DNA of 64,000 nt, taken from the IMG/VR virus record IMGVR_UViG_2602041884_000001, positions 10,432 through 74,431 of that record; one strand, given 5' to 3'. The stretch's first letter is position 1. Each line of letters opens with the position of its first letter. The notes under the pieces are model-generated. The model had not been told where the DNA came from, made no database searches, and saw nothing but the letters and a program-made list of their open reading frames with translations. The DNA is from a virus. Its lineage: Duplodnaviria; Caudoviricetes. Of the stretch, positions 59,947 through 64,000 are shown piece by piece. Made by a program: the position numbers and the translations under genes.

Positions 59947-62186
59947 TTGCTTCTCCTGTTCTTGTTGCCTGCGTCGGACACCAGCTCGAGCTGTCGTCCG
60001 TCTAGACTTTCTACGTGAATGTATCTTGCCTTCTTTGGGCCGCGAGCGGCTTGCCTGGGGTCTAGCATGAGTATCCCTCTATCGACAAGCATCTCGATGC
60101 GCTTGTGCACCTCTGCCGGGTCCCAGCCCATCTTGCTTGGCTTGACGTGATTGTTGATCTTTCCGATGGTTGCGTACCCGTCGCGCCCTGTGTAGTACTT
60201 GACTGCATGAATGATCTTGTCTTCCATCTGTCCGCCGAAGGTCTTGGTGACCTTCTCGCCGGATAGTGTAGTTGACCTGTTGAGGTACTCCATCAGCCAC
60301 ATTGCGGACCTGATGTCTTCCTCCATGACAACATCGGCCTTGCGGTTGATCGCAAACAAGGTCGCTAGCTTGAACAGCTTGAGGTCGAAGCGCGACTTGA
60401 TATCCTCATCGTGCTTCCACTTCTCTACCTGCTCGTATGACTTCTGCATGAGCGGGCGCGCCGATCGGTCGACATCGATGTAATGAAGGCGGCGAACGCG
60501 CTTGCTCTCCGGGTCAACCTTGTTGGAGTAGTACACTGCAACATCTGTATACAGTTCCTGGGCATGGGTCATGTCTTTCATCTTGTTGTCGAAGATGTCG
60601 TTCGAGATAACCTTGTTGCCCGTGACCACCTCAAAGCGCGCAAGGAGGCCGTTACTGATGTTACCCCTGCCGATAAGCGAAGGAAGCGCCCCCGGCTGCA
60701 CGCCAGCACTAAAGACAAGATTCGGATTCACTGCGACCACCGTGCCACCGGCACGGGAGCCTGCTCGAAGGGCGGCGTCCAGGGCGGGACTGTTGTCCAT
60801 TTCCTGGAAGATTCCGACCAGCGAGCTACCCGTGACCGCGCCCTTGCCCATGAACCGTGAAAGCTCGTCGACCTCGAGGTCGGCCATCACGTCCGCGACA
60901 GTGTAAGGCTTCCCCTCGTCGATCTCCTGGCTGAGCTCCTGAAGAAGAAACTCGCCCGATCCCGGCTCGATAAGAGACTTGATCCCGGTGTGGTTGCCGA
61001 ACCTGTTGCCGTTGCCGGGAGACGGGTTCCACTTGTACACGATGTGATCGAGAATCGCGTTCATGGCATGCCTGGACTGAGACTTACCAGCTCCCGATGC
61101 GCCGACAAACAGGACCGACAAGGTCGTCTTGAACGCGCCGCCGACCCTGCCGCGCACATAAGGCCCGGCAGAGAGCGAAAGAAGCTGCAAGCCACGAAAG
61201 AGGCTGAACTCCTTGGGGATACTCATCTCTTCAACAGCTCGCATGAACTCGTAAAGAGGGGTGCCTTCAGGTATGTGGTCGAAGATGCCGTCAATCTCCG
61301 GCAGCAGCTCGTCAACCCCGAGCTCGCTGTCGTCATCGTCTTTTGGGGAATCAACCAAACTCAGCGCCGGAGGCGCTGCTGTCGTAGTGCTGGCTGGCTT
61401 CGCCTCTGCCTGGACGGGCTCACTCTTCTTTACGGGCTGCTGAATCTGCTGCTCGGGTTCGGCCTGTCCAAACTCTTTGCGGCTGAACTTGGTTGGTCCG
61501 ATAGACGGAAGGTCTTCGTCCCCGGGGAGCATCTGGATTCCGAGAGGATTTTCCGGCTTGTCTTCCTTGATCTCGGGAAGTGGGCCATACTCGGCCTCGA
61601 ACTGTGCGACTTCCTCTTTCTGCTTAGCTGGCGACACGCCAACATAGCCGCCCTTGGTCTTGTCGAACCTCCAGCCACAAAAGTCCTCGAGGGTCTTCTG
61701 CTTGGCCTGAGCGTACTCCTTGCCCTTGAGCTGCTTGCCGAACGGCATGCCGTTAGCTGCAGCGACCATGTCGATCACGCCGCCGCCCTCTTCGCACTGT
61801 CCGTAGCAAACCCATGTGTTCTTCTCGGTGTTAAGGCATGCGGCCTCCGAGTTCTTGTTCACATGGCCAGCCGTGGGACAGAACACGAGCTTCTCGTTCT
61901 GTCCGCCGGATAGCTTCACATCGTTGCCGGTAAGCTTCTTGTAGACGGCAACGATGTTCAGCTTCTTGAGTGCGACGTCCTCCTCGGCCTGCTCTTCAGC
62001 CTTCCGTGCGGCGTAGTTGTCCTCGTCGTGAACGACCGGCGCGGCCTCGAGGAACTGCTCGGGAACCTCGATGTTCTCGATGTTCTCAACATCTTTTGCA
62101 TCCTGCGACTTCTTGTCGCCCTCTGCAATAGTCTTGTTGATTTCGGCGAACATCTGATCCCAGCGACCGCCACCGTTGACACTCAT
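59943..62186 (-). CDS. primase-type zinc finger fused to a P-loop helicase-like domain
   Basis: CP...H......C...C..GG.VID zinc-binding domain; GASGAGKS; VDE; GLLARF (DUF3987-like). Confidence 0.75.
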   Translation of the reverse strand: MSVNGGGRWDQMFAEINKTIAEGDKKSQDAKDVENIENIEVPEQFLEAAPVVHDEDNYAARKAEEQAEEDVALKKLNIVAVYKKLTGNDVKLSGGQNEKLVFCPTAGHVNKNSEAACLNTEKNTWVCYGQCEEGGGVIDMVAAANGMPFGKQLKGKEYAQAKQKTLEDFCGWRFDKTKGGYVGVSPAKQKEEVAQFEAEYGPLPEIKEDKPENPLGIQMLPGDEDLPSIGPTKFSRKEFGQAEPEQQIQQPVKKSEPVQAEAKPASTTTAAPPALSLVDSPKDDDDSELGVDELLPEIDGIFDHIPEGTPLYEFMRAVEEMSIPKEFSLFRGLQLLSLSAGPYVRGRVGGAFKTTLSVLFVGASGAGKSQSRHAMNAILDHIVYKWNPSPGNGNRFGNHTGIKSLIEPGSGEFLLQELSQEIDEGKPYTVADVMADLEVDELSRFMGKGAVTGSSLVGIFQEMDNSPALDAALRAGSRAGGTVVAVNPNLVFSAGVQPGALPSLIGRGNISNGLLARFEVVTGNKVISNDIFDNKMKDMTHAQELYTDVAVYYSNKVDPESKRVRRLHYIDVDRSARPLMQKSYEQVEKWKHDEDIKSRFDLKLFKLATLFAINRKADVVMEEDIRSAMWLMEYLNRSTTLSGEKVTKTFGGQMEDKIIHAVKYYTGRDGYATIGKINNHVKPSKMGWDPAEVHKRIEMLVDRGILMLDPRQAARGPKKARYIHVESLDGRQLELVSDAGNKNRRSK

Positions 62187-62416
62187 GAGTACTCCACCCG
62201 GTTGATCTTGATCCGGCCCTCCGGCACACTGAGTGCCATCGCCGCTACCTGGGTGGCCTTAGATGCCACGTTTGACCGTGCGACGCAGAATGTCTTTGCG
62301 ACCATGCCCGCAGTGTCGTGAACTTGAATCTCGTAATGCTTGCCGTTGCAGTCTTCGATGAGGAAGGCCTCGACTCGAACCTCGGTCCGGTTACGACTTA
62401 CTTTCTTCTGCCGCAA
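62183..62416 (-). CDS. hypothetical protein
   Basis: 4-bp overlap at the 3' end; start uncertain. Confidence 0.55.
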   Translation of the reverse strand: MRQKKVSRNRTEVRVEAFLIEDCNGKHYEIQVHDTAGMVAKTFCVARSNVASKATQVAAMALSVPEGRIKINRVEYS

Positions 62417-62504
62417 TTGCCTCGGCCTCCTCTCGTGTGCGAACGACTCCGATCTCGTTCATGTACTCGACTGCTTCTTCTCGCGTGTAGTGCTTCTCGG
62501 TCAC
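62391..62504 (-). CDS. small hypothetical protein (37 aa; not in ORF track)
   Basis: AAGGAGG RBS; repeated TREEA motif. Confidence 0.55.
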   Translation of the reverse strand: MTEKHYTREEAVEYMNEIGVVRTREEAEAIAAEESKS

Positions 62505-62875
62505 GAGTTACCCTCCTTGAGTGCGCAGTTGAGATAGACCAGTGCGTCGGCAATCTCGTCGACAGCGTCCTTGAGATTGTTGCGACCGTTGCCAGCCTGA
62601 AGCACGGTGCCGTACTTCTCGAGTCCGAATGCCTTGCGCTTCTCCATGATCTCGACTGGATCGAGGTTCGTCATGTCGCACAGGCTGATGAAGCTCTCGA
62701 GCATGATGTCATACTCGAGTCGAACCTTGTCTTCCTCGACCCAGATCTTCGTCTCGAGGTCGCGACCAACCAGGTCGTGCGCGCTCTCGTTGCCATTCGG
62801 CTTGGGGTCGGGCTGGACAACGAGACCGAACTTGCTGCGCATCTCGTTGTCCTTGTCGTTTACGTTACTGCTCAC
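62501..62875 (-). CDS. hypothetical protein, possibly NTP-pyrophosphatase-like fold
   Basis: R...G.EKYG..L..A.DEIAD..VY motif; start uncertain. Confidence 0.55.
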   Translation of the reverse strand: MSSNVNDKDNEMRSKFGLVVQPDPKPNGNESAHDLVGRDLETKIWVEEDKVRLEYDIMLESFISLCDMTNLDPVEIMEKRKAFGLEKYGTVLQAGNGRNNLKDAVDEIADALVYLNCALKEGNS

Positions 62876-62906
62876 CGATGTACCGCCTTGCTGTTGGGAG
62901 GGCTGA

Positions 62907-63086
62907 TTAAAACTTTGTTCCACCGCTGTGGACAGGGCACTTCGCGTCACCGCTCGTTCCCAGGTGCCACCGCAGCGTCCAGAGCTGCGCGGCTACCTCG
63001 CGGAAGTTATTCGTACGGAACAGGACGGTCTGGTTGGCCTTGCAGCCTTCCGTGTCGCAGTAGACTGTAGCTTTGTACTTGATCAT
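62907..63086 (-). CDS. small zinc-binding protein
   Basis: CD..GC..W..CP.H. Confidence 0.6.
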   Translation of the reverse strand: MIKYKATVYCDTEGCKANQTVLFRTNNFREVAAQLWTLRWHLGTSGDAKCPVHSGGTKF

Positions 63087-63919
63087 GCGAACGGGTTTCC
63101 CGTCTCGAGAAGGTGGACAGGATCGGGGTGAGGCTTGAACTCGGCCTGCGCAACGCGCTGATCCAGAAAGAAGCACGGGTCCTTGGGGTTTTTGTTGTTG
63201 ACCCCTCCGGGCAGGCGAACCAGATTGCCGAGGTCTTTCCCCTCCATGCTGGACTGCTTGGGGAAGATCTCTACCGTGAAGTTCTGAATACCGAAGTAGG
63301 GATGGGGCTCCATGTGCTTGAAGAAGTTGGAACCCTTGACCGCCTCGAATCCGTAATTGGGCGAGATGATCCGACCGGCGTGCTCAAGTGCCATAAGCGC
63401 TGCCTGGCGCGCGACACGAGCTTCGACCGGCTCGGGAAAGAATGCGTAGATGTGAACACCCTTGTTTCCCGAGTATGCGGAAGCGGCCTCGAGTCCGAGG
63501 TGATTCACAACAGAAGCTGCGATCGTGTCCGCGATGGTGCGCATCTGCTTTTTGTACCAGGTGCGACCGGGATGCTTTCGATCGTGCCAGTCCTTGCGCG
63601 GCGTGGCGGGATAGATCGTGAGTGCATCCATGAACTCGCTATCAGAAGTGATGTCAGCGAGTACATCGTCCGATGGGACGTCGACCCAGGTTCCGGTGTC
63701 GTCCAGATCGCAATCGAATACGATCAGCTTGGTTTTGCTTTCTGTGTCGCAGGTGTAGTGACCGAAGGTCTGCTCTCCTGCGATATGAGCGCGAAGGTCA
63801 CCCATCTTCCAGGGCTCGCGGACGGGGCGATATCCGCCGTCGGCGACCTGAATGGCCTTCACGTCCTTTCGTTGAATGAATCGCTTTGCGATTAGTCCTG
63901 CTAGTTCGTCGTGAGACAA
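63083..63919 (-). CDS. archaeo-eukaryotic primase (AEP) / prim-pol catalytic domain
   Basis: VFDCD, SGNKGVH and EIFPKQ..GNLVRLP; likely TTG start at 63919 after AAGGAG. Confidence 0.85.
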   Translation of the reverse strand: MSHDELAGLIAKRFIQRKDVKAIQVADGGYRPVREPWKMGDLRAHIAGEQTFGHYTCDTESKTKLIVFDCDLDDTGTWVDVPSDDVLADITSDSEFMDALTIYPATPRKDWHDRKHPGRTWYKKQMRTIADTIAASVVNHLGLEAASAYSGNKGVHIYAFFPEPVEARVARQAALMALEHAGRIISPNYGFEAVKGSNFFKHMEPHPYFGIQNFTVEIFPKQSSMEGKDLGNLVRLPGGVNNKNPKDPCFFLDQRVAQAEFKPHPDPVHLLETGNPFA

Positions 63920-63969
63920 GGTACCACTCCTTCTGTACGTGCACGGCGTGGTCGTCGTGCGTTGTGATA

Positions 63970-63998
63970 ACACTACCATAGATTGTTATTGTTGTCAA
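63970..63998 (-). promoter_or_regulatory. SigA-type promoter TTGACA-17-TAGTGT
   Basis: Consensus match with TG extension, upstream of the primase gene. Confidence 0.75.
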
Positions 63999-64000
63999 AT

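Overview
This window is about 64 kb of a tailed actinobacteriophage genome (siphovirus-type, roughly 60% GC by eye). Its gene set resembles lytic Gordonia/Rhodococcus phages of the GTE7/DocB7 type; that resemblance is from recollection and was not searched. Plus strand, 1-25.4 kb: neck and tail genes, tRNA-Asn, a frameshifting tail chaperone, a ~3,050-aa tape measure, minor tail proteins, and a lysis cassette with a split lysin A. Minus strand, 25.4-58 kb: Cas4-like nuclease, a WhiB domain, DNA methyltransferase, lysin B, MazG-like, RusA-like, beta clamp, Orn-like nuclease, SNF2 helicase, SSB-like protein, an AAA+/VWA pair and many small early genes. A non-coding stretch at 58-59 kb is followed by primase/helicase genes. 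No terminase, capsid, DNA polymerase, integrase or repressor was recognised in the window. Main leads: (1) a ~1.47-kb early segment with no CAG/CTG that is packed with GTACTAG/CTAG; (2) a WhiB domain with no in-frame start, sitting next to a strong hairpin; (3) an internal start and a shared motif that suggest a multi-subunit endolysin; (4) promoters embedded in inverted repeats; (5) a tRNA-like element and a hairpin-dense putative ncRNA. All counts and coordinates were made by eye.
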